Shown here: positions 28,726 to 40,800 of the stretch, one piece after another
How positions within the stretch are numbered: position 1 is the stretch's first letter
Layout of the letters: every line of letters begins with the position of its first letter
Source of the DNA: Welwitschia mirabilis
Taxonomy: Eukaryota
Assembly: GCA_051453625.1 (NCBI GenBank)
Contig: JBOZIK010000001.1
Location: forward strand, 10,313,774-10,377,773
Direction: 5' to 3'
Length of the DNA: 64,000 bases
Notes under the pieces: generated by a model
The model's database searches: none
The model's input: only the letters and a program-made list of their open reading frames with translations
What the model was told of the DNA's origin: nothing
Position numbers and translations under genes: made by a program

Positions 28726-31700
28726 CTTTTTTTTATTTACTTTGAAAAAGAGCAAGAATATTAAACTAGAAAATGTACATAGAGGGGCGATAATTCCCTA
28801 ATTTCATAGGAGATTTTAGCTATTTAGAGAAAGGAAAAACATTCTATTAAAAGTTCAGAAATGGACTAGAAACAGAACAAAATTGGGAGTGAAAGAATCC
28901 TTAGGAAATAGACTAAAAATGAGAAACTGCCTATCTAGAAGAGTACTATGCATCAACTGCTGGGAAGAACTACTAACTAACAGACTGGGGGCGAAAAACC
29001 CCCTGAGTACTAGAAGTGAAAAACTTAACTTATGCTAGATAAAGACCTAAAAAGTGAAGGATTATTATCTTCTATAGAAAGAAAAAATATTACCATGGTT
29101 GTGTTTTAGTAAAAAATGACCCATTTCATCAAATAGCATCTCAAAAGCCTGATTTACCTCTTTGAATTCTTTAGCACCTACTAGATTTTTATCTAAATGC
29201 ACTCTAAGGGCTTTCTTTCTGTAGCTAGATTTAATGTCTTGAGGGAGGGCTCTGTGAAAGATTCCTAATATGATAAAGGGGCATCTCTTCAGTTCTTGGA
29301 TTGTTGCTAGTATAACTTCCTAATGTGTAGCATTTATATCTATGTCCTCCTAAGGGTGATGTTGCATTTACACTGAAGAAGAGTCTGTATTTAAATTTTG
29401 AACAAAACTAGGGCTTCTTTCTGGCTGAGGGGAGGCCTGGTTATGCCTTTCTTACTCCTGGGTATCGAATGATGGATGATCTTGAATTGACTTTTTATCT
29501 GTCTCTTGGGCTGCCTCCTAAGTTATCTCTTTGCTGGGGTAGGAACAAATTCGTCTCCTCTCTGTGGTCTAGGGGTAGAATCACCCCCTGTTAACTAGGG
29601 CTACCTTGTGCAGCATTTCCCTTAGATTGAGGAATTCCTTCCATGGTGTCTCTTCTCTTAGGAGCTCTTCTTGGTGGAGTCTAATATGGGCATCTTCACT
29701 GAGAAGGAGAAGGGACCTCTCTTACCCTGATTTCATTAGCTACTTGCTAAAGAGCTAGAAATAATCCAAAATATCTAGAGGAGTCTTTCCATCGAAGGGT
29801 CTAAACAAAAAAGAGAGGTAAATTCACTTCGAGCCCTAGGTATAGGGCTTTGAGAAATGTGAAGTAAATGCTTGAGAACTTAGAGCAATTCCTAGACTAA
29901 ATGAAATATAAGTCTACTAGCTCTGCACCTAAACCCCATGGGGGCAGTAGCATTTTTTGACTAATGTGCTCACTTGGTAACTTAGAAACCCCACCAAGGA
30001 AGAATTGAAGCACTTCACATTTCCCTTGGCTTCGAAGAGGAATCCTTTCTCCAGCTGTAGGGATCTCTAAGAGTCTATAAAGGGAATTTTCAATTATTTC
30101 ATTAGGGATTTTTCTATATGTTGTGTGCTCTCATCTCTAACACCTATAAAAGGGGGCGATATCGACCCCCTGATCTCCCTTAAGCTTGTGCAGGAGGATT
30201 TCCCATCCCATAGTGTGCACTTTTTCCCACAGGTCTAGGTAACCTTCAAAGAAGCCAGGGTTAAATAGCTCGATGGTGGGTGTAGCTCTCATTGCAAGTT
30301 TGATTTGAGAGTGATAGCATTTAATCCTCCTAGCAGTATTTAAATGAAATTGTAAGGGGGTGTTACTGAACATTAGATCATTTTTTATTCTTCAAATCTA
30401 CCAATACATCAAATGAATCCCATCATTTAAGGTAGTGTTAGAAAAGTTGCATGACTGGTAGTACTTCTTCATCATTGCTATTAATTCTTTGCTCCAAGTG
30501 CATTGATAAAATAACTAATGTATGGTTTTAGAACATGAATAGTAGACACGACAACTTGTTTCGACTTGAAACCCCCTCTTGAGCAGTTGATCTCTAGTTA
30601 GAACTCTATGATGATCTTTTAGCCAATAAGATACTTTAATTTTTTTTAGAATTTGACCCTTTCAATATTTCTTACAAGAGTTATATTTCCCATATTTCTT
30701 TAAAAGAATTTGTTTGTTTGAATCTGCTTAACAAATGTTTAAATCTAGAAGTTGTCTTTGAGCTTTGATAAAGTGTTTCCTCAAGTATAAATTGTAACAC
30801 CCCAACTTTAATTACCCTAATTAACCATAATATTTTTTTTGTATAGTTATTAACTATCATGCACAACNNNNNNNNNNNNNNNNNNNNNNNNNNNNNNNNN
30901 NNNNNNNNNNNNNNNNNNNNNNNNNNNNNNNNNNNNNNNNNNNNNNNNNNNNNNNNNNNNNNNNNNNTGGATTAAAGCTCCTTTGTAATTCTAGTTATTG
31001 CCTCCTGATTTTTCCCGGTGGTGGAAACATTAATTAAAATCCCTCATGATGAGTCATTTAGATTTATCTATCACTACCCACTGTAATTCTTTCAAGATAG
31101 AGGCTTTATCTTGATTATTTTATGGACTATAAATATTTTTTATAGTCTAGCCTTCTTCTTTAAGAAAAATTGTGATGTAGTTCTTACTGCTATTAATTAG
31201 ATCTGCCTCTTTTTTTGTGGAGATCATGAGACCTCTAGAATTATCTTGGGCTACATAGGTAAAGGAATTCCATTGCTACCTTAAACTCACTATTTTTATA
31301 CCTTTTTTTTACTTCTTGTAAATAAACTAAATCAATATTAAACTGACTAATAAGATTTCTTAGGGTCTTTTTCTTGTAGGAAGACCCTAATCCCCTGTAA
31401 TTCCATGTGAGACAATTCATTAGGGGCATTTTTGCCCCTTTCTATGTGTGTGACCTTTTGTTAGTGTATCGTCAATGATGTTTTAGGATCTATTATCCAC
31501 ATTATTTGTCGTTTTCCTTTCTCAAAGAATTTTATTGCTGGGCCTTCCTTTCATTTGAATTTTCACATCATTAGATTCATCACTATTTGGTGGTTACTAG
31601 AGGTCTTCTTCTTCAACAAGTGGTTGGAAAGGGTTGTGCTCCATTTCTTATACCTTCTTCTCCTTGCTATTCTTAGTTTCCTTGGGAAAATAGTAGTACT

Positions 31701-32968
31701 TTTCCCTGTGTTTTCCTTTCTTTGCTTATGTCGACATATGCTCAAATTATATCTGGTTTTCTCACAAAAAGTATAGGTTTTCTATTGCTTTTCCTTGATG
31801 TTAACCAACTATTTTCTACATTCTTCTCTTAAATGACCTATTCTAGCATAATATAAACATTTCTTTAGAAGAGAAACATCTTCCTGAAACATGCCTTAAT
31901 TTTCCACAAATATTATATGAGACTGAAAGATTTTCATAAATAACTTCAAGTTCATAAGTACCCCATTTAGATCTGAATTTTATGGATTGAATCTCTTTTG
32001 TATCCTTTAGGTTTATTCATATGCAAAATTTGGCCAGAATTAGTCTTATTTGTTTGACAATAATCCTATCTAGTTTGATCAGTTCACTAAACTANNNNNN
32101 NNNNNNNNNNNNNNNNNNNNNNNNNNNNNNNNNNNNNNNNNNNNNNNNNNNNNNNNNNNNNNNNNNNNNNNNNNNNNNNNNNNNNNNNNNNNNNTTTAGG
32201 TTTATTCATATGCAAAATTTGGCCAGAATTAGTCTTGTTTGTTTGACAATAATCCTATCTAGTTTGATCAGTTCACTAAACTAAGTAGCAATTTTTCTTA
32301 AGAGATCTTCATCCCAAAACTCCAATGGAAACTTATGAAAGTAAATTCAAATCAGTATCCTTTTAAATAAGTTTGGATTCGATTGCAACCTCGGTGTCCA
32401 TCTGGCTAGGGAAAGACCCCAAACCCTAAAGAACTAAGGTCCTCTTATGATTATTTTATCCCAATCTCATTCATTGTTCAACTGGAAAAGCACCAGCCCT
32501 TCCCACATAGTAATAACGTTGACTTTATTAACTCCCGTCCATTTAGCTGCCACACATTTACAGATCCAATCTATCCTTGGTCGTGGGTCAGATGAGATGA
32601 ACTTTCTGATTAAACTAAATTAAAGTTTCTTCTCAATCTCACAGTAGGCATCTTCATCAATGTACAAAACTAGGGATTTTCCTTCCCTGGCGAACTGAGT
32701 CTTCTCCATGTTGGAATCAAATCCTTTGAAAAAAAATCCTAAAAATAGATCAGAATTGATATTTTAAAAGATTATGCAACTTACTTGTAGAAAGACCATC
32801 TGCTAACTGATATCGCCCCTTGTACTTCATGACCAGGGACCGAAACTGCCCCCGCCAATCCATAGTCTTTTAAGCCTCGACTTCCTCCTGTACTCTAGAT
32901 TCATCGAACTCTAGTAGAGCTCCAAAACCCTAGCAAAGCCTCGATGTTACTTTCTTCTACTTAATCTC
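28726..32968 (-). mobile_element. L1-clade LINE: ORF1 (DUF4283 + zinc knuckle), ORF2 endonuclease, zf-RVT, extra C-terminal domain, poly(A); RT region absent at an assembly gap
   Basis: ORF1: LARWTP..FPLEFWDEDLLRKIA and GHLREEC knuckle. APE start MNCLTWNYRGLG..IDLVYLQEVK (31420). zf-RVT: VLTRDQLLKRGFQVETSCRV..TIH*LFYQC and YW*I*RIKNDLMF. Poly(T) at 28726-28734. Possible decayed TSD catacctccttatgtcct / catctctctatgttct. Confidence 0.85.
29560..30292 (-). pseudogene. Plant-mobile-domain/Transposase_32-like coding region at the 3' end of the LINE
   Basis: MRATPTIELFNPGFFEGYLDLWEKVHTMGWEILLHKLKGDQGVDIAPFY, then after one frameshift ENSLYRLLEIPTAGE..LLPPWGLGAELVDLYFI*SRN..FTFLKALYLGLEVNLPLFFV*TL, followed by a low-complexity P/S/R tail. 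The family call is from recalled motifs only. Confidence 0.55.
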
Positions 32969-33899
32969 CATCTCTCTATGTTCTTTATTCATTATTGATA
33001 GGTTGACTTATGCTTTATGTGAATATATTTTAGTTTCAACAAATTATTTTATTAATTATCTTATTTTAAATAATATAATTTTACATTTCTTAATATTAAT
33101 TTTTTCATGCTCTAAGCTTTAAATTTATTAGCATCTTTGGAATTTTTCAAGCTTTTAATTTTTTCGTTGGTATCATCCTTTGCACATTAGTGATATGTTG
33201 TGGGGGAATCCATTGATCTTAACCTCTTATGCATCATTAGATTATAGCCTAGGATGATTAAATCTGTAATGAATTTGATGAAGAGAAGAATTACCTTAAA
33301 ACACTTCTCAATTATTTTGATGAACATTCAATTAAGGCATTTTTCAAAGATAGTAAAAACTTAATATATTAGATTTAAAATAATAATTACTTTGATATTC
33401 GTTTAATGAATACAATTATGTTTGATAAAGATAGAGATAGTATTTATCCCATTTCTCTTAAGAAAACTTTAAGATATTTATGATTACTAGAATTCTTGGC
33501 TAACCCTTTTTATAGGGTTTTTTTCCTTCACACAAGGTGTTTTGAAATGTATTAAATATTATTAATTTTTTTCCCTGAATTCACTATCTAGATTAGAAGA
33601 TTTCTATGAAAATCTCTTGAATTTGAAGCCATGATGTCAACCATTTCATAAGGAGGTGAGCAAGAAAATGTGATTAGGAGGACAGTCTTTTTCTTCTTTT
33701 AAAATAAAAAGAAAAGCCTTAACTACATTTCTTAAATCATTATCAATTAGGCCATGAAGAGATCTAAATCATGATTTTTTAAAGAAAGACTTTGTAACAT
33801 ACCAAACTAATGGATTGAAATAAAAAATTCTAGATTTTACACTATTAGTAAGTTAATGTAATTGGCCTTGAGATCTATTAAGTTGATTAATGAAATATA

Positions 33900-36800
33900 A
33901 AAAAACATGTTCTATTTCATATTCAAATGATGTAAACTTTTCTACTTGGAAAAATATAATAAGATAGACATCTTTCCAAAGAAAATAAATCAATCAAGAT
34001 TTATTCAATCAAGAACAAGAAGAGACTAAGTGTGATTAAAAACTAATAGTTACACTAGCCTAAGTCGAAGGCTTAGGTAGGTGATTCATGGATGAACCAC
34101 CTACTTAACTAAACAATAATTTTATGTAATATTCTCTTGTGATGAAATAGCAATTTTGAAACAAAGTTCCATTATCAATAAATTATTAATTATACTATTA
34201 TTGAATAATATGAAATATTTGTTCCTATGTATTTTTACGCTTTTGGTTCTGCATGAATTTCCTCTAATATATTCCATTATATCATCCTTAAAAAAAAAGT
34301 TCACATGATATTGAGTCATGATCAATGTGAGAGGAGAGAGCAAAGCAAAGCATAGTTAACTACACCCCTTTAAAATGTATCTTCAAAAGGATAGATAGGG
34401 TGTATTAGTGGGAGTTACTTTTTGTAAAGGGTGTAACTTAGTCCAATCCCTTTCACAAATAACCTAGTTAGGTATGTGGCGCTTTACCCTTAGGTGTGCT
34501 TATTAGGCTAGGCATAAGTGAATGTTTATTTCTCCCTTCTACTGCTTAGGTAGTCGGTATGCCCTGCTTGAACCATAGTTCTGGTGTCATAGTATATCAT
34601 CACATCAAAATAAACTTTTAACATGGTATCAAAGCATTCCTACTATAAATTCCAACATGTTATCAGAGCTTATGGTCTTAATCTTGAAGATATAAAAGCT
34701 AAATCAAAATCAAGTTTGTTTGGAGTTAAAACTTAAGATATGGTAATAGAAAAGGAAGTTTGTTATTGAAGTGAAAGAAGTTATAACAGAACATTATAAC
34801 TATTAACAAAATAGAACAAATTCATTTATTTCATTAACTAAAAATGAGAATCAGATACTGGTTACAATGAAATAGAAGATTTAAATTAACATCATAACAA
34901 TTCATTTGAATTGATAAACTCTAAAAAGGAATAAAGTAAAGTAATTTTTCATTTAGTGGCAAGGTTTTAAAAGAGTAGAAAAAGATAAAGTAGCCACATC
35001 CTAGGATAACTAAATTTCTTCATTAATTTTGTATTAAGTGATTTGAGTTTTATTAAAGAATCAAAAGATGAATACATTAAAGAGCAATACTCTATAATCA
35101 TATTTGATGAAACTAAAAGGATAATTAATGAGTTTAGATATTAAAATTAATAACATTTAGAAAGAGCTATTCAGCTATAAATACCAAAATATCATGAATC
35201 ATTAATAAGTCATAACAAATTCCATTTGGAAATCAAAGCACTACAATCCTATATTGTGAAGTAGAAAAGGGTTTAATCTAATGGAGGAAGGACATGAAAA
35301 GCTAGTATTCTTGAGGTGTTCTGTAAACATCTGCCAAAACACATAGTGAAGAAACTATGAAACTGGGACGTTGATAGCATAGCTAATGTANNNNNNNNNN
35401 NNNNNNNNNNNNNNNNNNNNNNNNNNNNNNNNNNNNNNNNNNNNNNNNNNNNNNNNNNNNNNNNNNNNNNNNNNNNNNNNNNNNNNNNNNNNNNNNNNNN
35501 NNNNNNNNNNNNNNNNNNATTCATCCTATACTAAGCCTAATTGCAATTTCCTATTTATAGCATTGATTACTTTTGAAAGTGCAAATATAGGCGACTAACA
35601 CCAACTAATGTATTTGAAGGTTAAAATCAATAACATTCAGAAGAAATTGTCCAATTTCAAAATTCCACTGAGCATTAAAACATAAGAATAAGTTTCATAG
35701 AAGAAATAAAAGACTAAAATCCTATATTATAGAGTGATAAGTCTATTAATATAATATATATATATATATATATATGACATAAACATTAGCATAATTAAGA
35801 TGTTATACAAAATCTACCAATATACTTAGTGATGAAACTACAAATCTAGAAGTTGATAGCATAGATAATGTAATGTTATTCCTATTTATTAAAGATAAAG
35901 GTCTCTAATCACTATAGAAGTTTACTTATAAGTTAAAATAGAATAAAATATTTTATTTTTGCCATAATAAAACGTGATGTTCTACTTTCATCCTTCTTAT
36001 AATTTGAGACATTATTATGAATAAAATAATATTTTACAAAATAATGCTAACATCATTTCATTATACTTTCTTCAAATAAATATTATGGATATGTACTTTA
36101 GAATGTATAATTTCTAAGATATATTAAGCATGCTTTTCAAATTTAACAATAAAGTAGTTTTTCCTATCAAATTATGGCATATTAAATAAAACTCCAAATT
36201 TATTTTTAATCTCATGATGAAATATGCCAAATAATATCTATAAAGAGGGCAAAAAACCAACATTACCTTTTTTCATGGCTTACGAAGAAGGAAGCTCTGC
36301 AAAATGGTTTAGAATGATTTTGCAATACTTTGTAATCCTCCCATGTCTTATGAGTAAGTTCTTATAAATTATTATGAACTTATTGCAATAATGTCATTAC
36401 ATTCATTATTTTTCTCTTTTTGTTTCTTCATACTATATTGTTATATCAAGAACTGTACAAAGTTCAAACTCTATCATTACAAAGTGAGAATCAAAGGATT
36501 TAAAAACAAGAATTATATGCCTTCACAGCATAAGAAAGATTACAAATACCATTTAAACACAATCACTTTGTGTTATAATGATTCATAAAAAAAAGGGGAA
36601 TTCTTAGATTAGTGGTTCAATCTAACCTCTAATACTTGAAATTCATGTATCTTCTAATAAATGAAAAAGGTTGTAATTAAAAAGGTAATTCATGATATAG
36701 AAGACATCATAGCAATAAATTTTGACATTAGAAAGAATAAATATACTTTTTTAAAAAGTAGTAGCTAAAGAAAAATGAAATATAATGGCTAAAAACTTTA

Positions 36801-38470
36801 GTAGCAGTTAGAAAGAAATGAAAAATGATAATGAAACACTTTAGTGATAGCTAAAAAATAAAATAACAACAACAAAATACCTGATTAGTAGCTAAATGAA
36901 AATAAAAAATAATGGAAAAACACTTAAATAAGAGCTTAATAAGAAAGAGTCCTAGCACACTTGACTAAAAGAAAACAAAATCCTAATGCTATAGAAAAAA
37001 GAATGAAATAGAAAGAGAACTGAAGCAAAAGATGTAGGGATTAGATGAAGCATAAAACACCATCAAAGAGTTTCACTATCAAATTAAAGAACTTCATTAA
37101 AGACCAAGTCTAAAGCCTAAATCAGTTATTAATGCTAAGATAGAGTAATCTACACTATCTGAGAAGTCCTAAGAAACCATACTAGATGAAGTAAAAGTTG
37201 TCAAACTTGCTAGCAATCAAAAAGCTTCTGAATATTGCATAATGTTATTCATTCTCATTGAAGAAGACAAACTAGATCCTGAACATCTAATTTTAAAGTT
37301 GTTTAGTAAAATGTAGGATCTTGCTATTTTAAGTTAAAAGAAATTTTACCTTCTAAAATCTTGTCCTTATAAAAATTCATACTTTATTAAAATACTAGAA
37401 AAAGTAAAGTTATAATAGGTATTTTTGTTTGTATTTTACTTTATCCAAGGAATGAAATAAGCCCTTAACATGAAACAAATACTTTAGTTATCTACCTTAA
37501 ATAAATAATATTGATTACTGGATAAGTATTTTGCTAATTTAAATGGAATAGAAGGTAAATATATTGAATTAAGATAAAGTAATAAAAATGATTAATCAAG
37601 AAAAATTCTTAATACCTTAAGAGGTGAAAAATGTTTAAAAATATTGAAAGAGATCAAGTTTTTTAAAAAATCACTATCCAACTAGAAATTTTAGCTGAAT
37701 ATCAAATGATTTTCTTTGAAGGTACTAAAATACATATAAAAGAGAAGAAAGATAAGTAAACATAAAACAAGGAAATGAATATAAATCACTTTAGATGAAT
37801 AAAAACATAAGAAATCTAAAATTACATCTTAGAAGATGGATTATGTTAGATAAATCAAAAGATAACAAGTCTAAAAATACAATTTAAAAGATGAATAAAA
37901 TCAGAAGAACCAAGGATAAAAAGTCAGAAATTAAATTCCTCAAATTAAAAAGTCTAAGAGTAAAACCCAAGTTAAAATTAAAAAGAAATGTTAGCAAGTT
38001 AACATCATTGTCCTTAAGACAATTGTTAAGTTGGTTAATAAAACATGAAGAGACATGTTCTATTTCATATTCAAATAAAATAACATTTCCTAATGGGAAG
38101 AACACTATAAGATCAAGAATAATCAAGATACATTCAACCAGGGAGAAGAAGATATTAAGTATGACAAAGTACTTCTATCCACACCAAATGTTCATCTAGG
38201 GCTTTGATAGGTGATTCATTCATGAACCACTTGCTTGACTAAATAATAATTTTATGTAATATTCATCTTATAATGAAACAGAAATTTTGTAATAAGGTCT
38301 AATTATCAATGAATATTAATTACATTTTTATTAATTATATGAAATATTGGTTCCTCTAGTTTTATTTAATTTTTACTACTTATAAATTAAGTTTAATTAC
38401 TATTAAAAAACTAATAAAATATTTTGCATAAATCATATTCTCATACTTTCTCTTCCACATGAATTTCTTT
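33900..38470 (+). mobile_element. tRNA-Met-primed reverse-transcribing element remnant (non-autonomous LTR element or endogenous caulimovirid)
   Basis: Direct repeats at about 33900-34270 and 38050-38470. PBS-like TGGTATCAAAGC at 34624-34635 follows ...AACA, with a second copy TGTTATCAGAGC at 34658-34669. The interior is A-rich and decayed. Confidence 0.5.
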
Positions 38471-39149
38471 CAAGGTATTTCACATACAACTATGTGAAAC
38501 AAGAAATTCATATGGTAGTATCATAAATTACTATCATATTAAAACAAAATTCCANNNNNNNNNNNNNNNNNNNNNNNNNNNNNNNNNNNNNNNNNNNNNN
38601 NNNNNNNNNNNNNNNNNNNNNNNNNNNNNNNNNNNNNNNNNNNNNNNNNNNNNNNNNNNNNNNNNNNNNNNNNNNNNNNNNNNNNNNNNNNNNNNNNNNN
38701 NNNNNNNNNNNNNNNNNNNNNNNNNNNNNNNNNNNNNNNNNNNNNNNNNNNNNNNNNNNNNNNNNNNNNNNNNNNNNNNNNNNNNNNNNNNNNNNNNNNN
38801 NNNNNNNNNNNNNNNNNNNNNNNNNNNNNNNNNNNNNNNNNNNNNNNNNNNNNNNNNNNNNNNNNNNNNNNNNNNNNNNNNNNNNNNNNNNNNNNNNNNN
38901 NNNNNNNNNNNNNNNNNNNNNNNNNNNNNNNNNNNNNNNNNNNNNNNNNNNNNNNNNNNNNNNNNNNNNNNNNNNNNNNNNNNNNNNNNNNNNNNNNNNN
39001 NNNNNNNNNNNNNNNNNNNNNNNNNNNNNNNNNNNNNNNNNNNNNNNNNNNNNNNNNNNNNNNNNNNNNNNNNNNNNNNNNNNNNNNNNNNNNNNNNNNN
39101 NNNNNNNNNNNNNNNNNNNNNNNNNNNNNNNNNNNNNAATATTTCAAGG

Positions 39150-39960
39150 ATTTATGGGTGAAATTCCCCTAACATGATTTTGAATCATTAAAACCTATGA
39201 GTTTTTTCTATGAATCCTTAGAAACAAAAAGTGCGTAATTGGTTAAAATGATAAGTGAAGGAATATTTACATTTAAAAGATTTAATAAAGCTTTGGATCA
39301 ATTATAATACATAGATGAAAGTTTTAAAATTAAGAAAGGCCATTTAGGTCTAAGTACATATTTAAGCAAATCCAATCATCTAATAGAGTTATAGGTAGAG
39401 GCATTTATAAAATTAATGATGAGTTTGATATGAGTAAAAAACTTAATACCATAACTAAATACTTAGAACAACTTAAAACATCATAAACTAATAGGGATTT
39501 TAGTTATGTCGTTTATACTATTGATAAACATGAAACTAGTGAATGTTCTTCTATTCTTATCTATTAAGATGTAGTGGTTGAATAAGTGAATAGTTTATAA
39601 AGCGAGAAGATACTTTTCTAAGAGATAATAATTTTTCTTCCCTTTTACAAATTCATACAATCTAAAATGGATAAATCACTGAGGTTTTCTTGAAAAACTC
39701 AATGAAGTAAAGCATCTACTTCATACTAGCCAAACTCAAACTAAGCCATTAGAGGATGTTCTAAAGTAATTTATTAAAGTCCAAAGTATAAACAATAAAA
39801 AATAATCTAGGATTAACAAATAAATAACATGAACCTTTTAATAAGAAATGAATTTAACTTACTTAAACTACCTTTCTTATGTTTTCTNNNNNNNNNNAAA
39901 GTAAGGTAACCTTTTAGCTTGACTTATACCTAACTCAAGAGGAGTTAACATAGTTGAAGG
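39150..39960 (+). mobile_element. Athila-type gag remnant
   Basis: FYESLETKSA*LVKMISEGIFTFK..KALDQL, GIYKINDEFDM, and PFTNSYNLK..NH..FS* (consensus PYSNTYNPGWRNHPNFSW), then a KGxFPAQPxPNPRG-like motif at about 39900-39945. Confidence 0.75.
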
Positions 39961-40099
39961 TAAAGAAGATGTAATAGGGATTAATACTATCTCATCTTGT
40001 AACAAGGAGGAAAAATCCATCCTCCACTTATTCTAAGACTGCAAAAGAACTAGAAATTTCCTAGCATGCTTGCAAGTTACTCTTAGACTGATAGGATTC

Positions 40100-40800
40100 G
40101 ATATAATCAAGTCCAAGCCATAGTAATTAATGTTGTGATGCATTTAAAGATTCCATAGCACCATATTTTTTTAGAACTATCTGATCTCATCCTTTTTTCC
40201 TAATGCATACATCTCTCATCTATGGAAGGAATTCCTCTCGATAATAGACAAGCACCCAATCCATGAAACTATGATGCCTTTAAAGTATAAGCAGAATAAT
40301 GAACTATGAAAAACAGTTGCCTGATATAGGGAGGATTAGATGCTAAGGAGAATCCATGGCTTTCCTCATGTTAAACATTAAAGAATTTTTTCCTCATTAG
40401 AAAGGTCAATGAATGTCCTTCTAGAAAACGATCATAGAAATTTTAAGAATTCCATAGTAAAAGCCTCAGAAGTTCTTACAAAAGGGAAAAACCTCAACCT
40501 AGAGGGTGAAGAGAAATTATAGTAAGTCATTTTTTAGAGATCATTTGATTAAACTAAAAAGCATTCATCTAGCTAAGTCTAGGCCTTTTCATAATGGTAA
40601 CTATTTTATATAGAGAGGCAATCACATTAAGTTGAAACATCCATAATTTTTTTTTCTCATTTTTTAACATGTCTTCAAGATGGGCTTAAAGTGAATGCCC
40701 TGGCCTTTTTTCTCTAGTGTTTATAAAAAAAAAACTACTTAGTCCATTATTTGAGCCTTATTTTAAATTTATTAGAAAATGCACAAGCTAAAAACTAGCC
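40100..40800 (-). mobile_element. Possible highly decayed LINE RT fragment
   Basis: Minus-strand FNMRKAMD at about 40375-40350 resembles LDMxKAYD. Other motifs are barely recognisable. Confidence 0.25.

Noticed and set aside
32007-32284. Near-identical repeats flanking gaps (also 53756-53907 and 55181-55747)
   Set aside because: Duplicated sequence on both sides of an N run is typical of unmerged contig overlaps, not biology.
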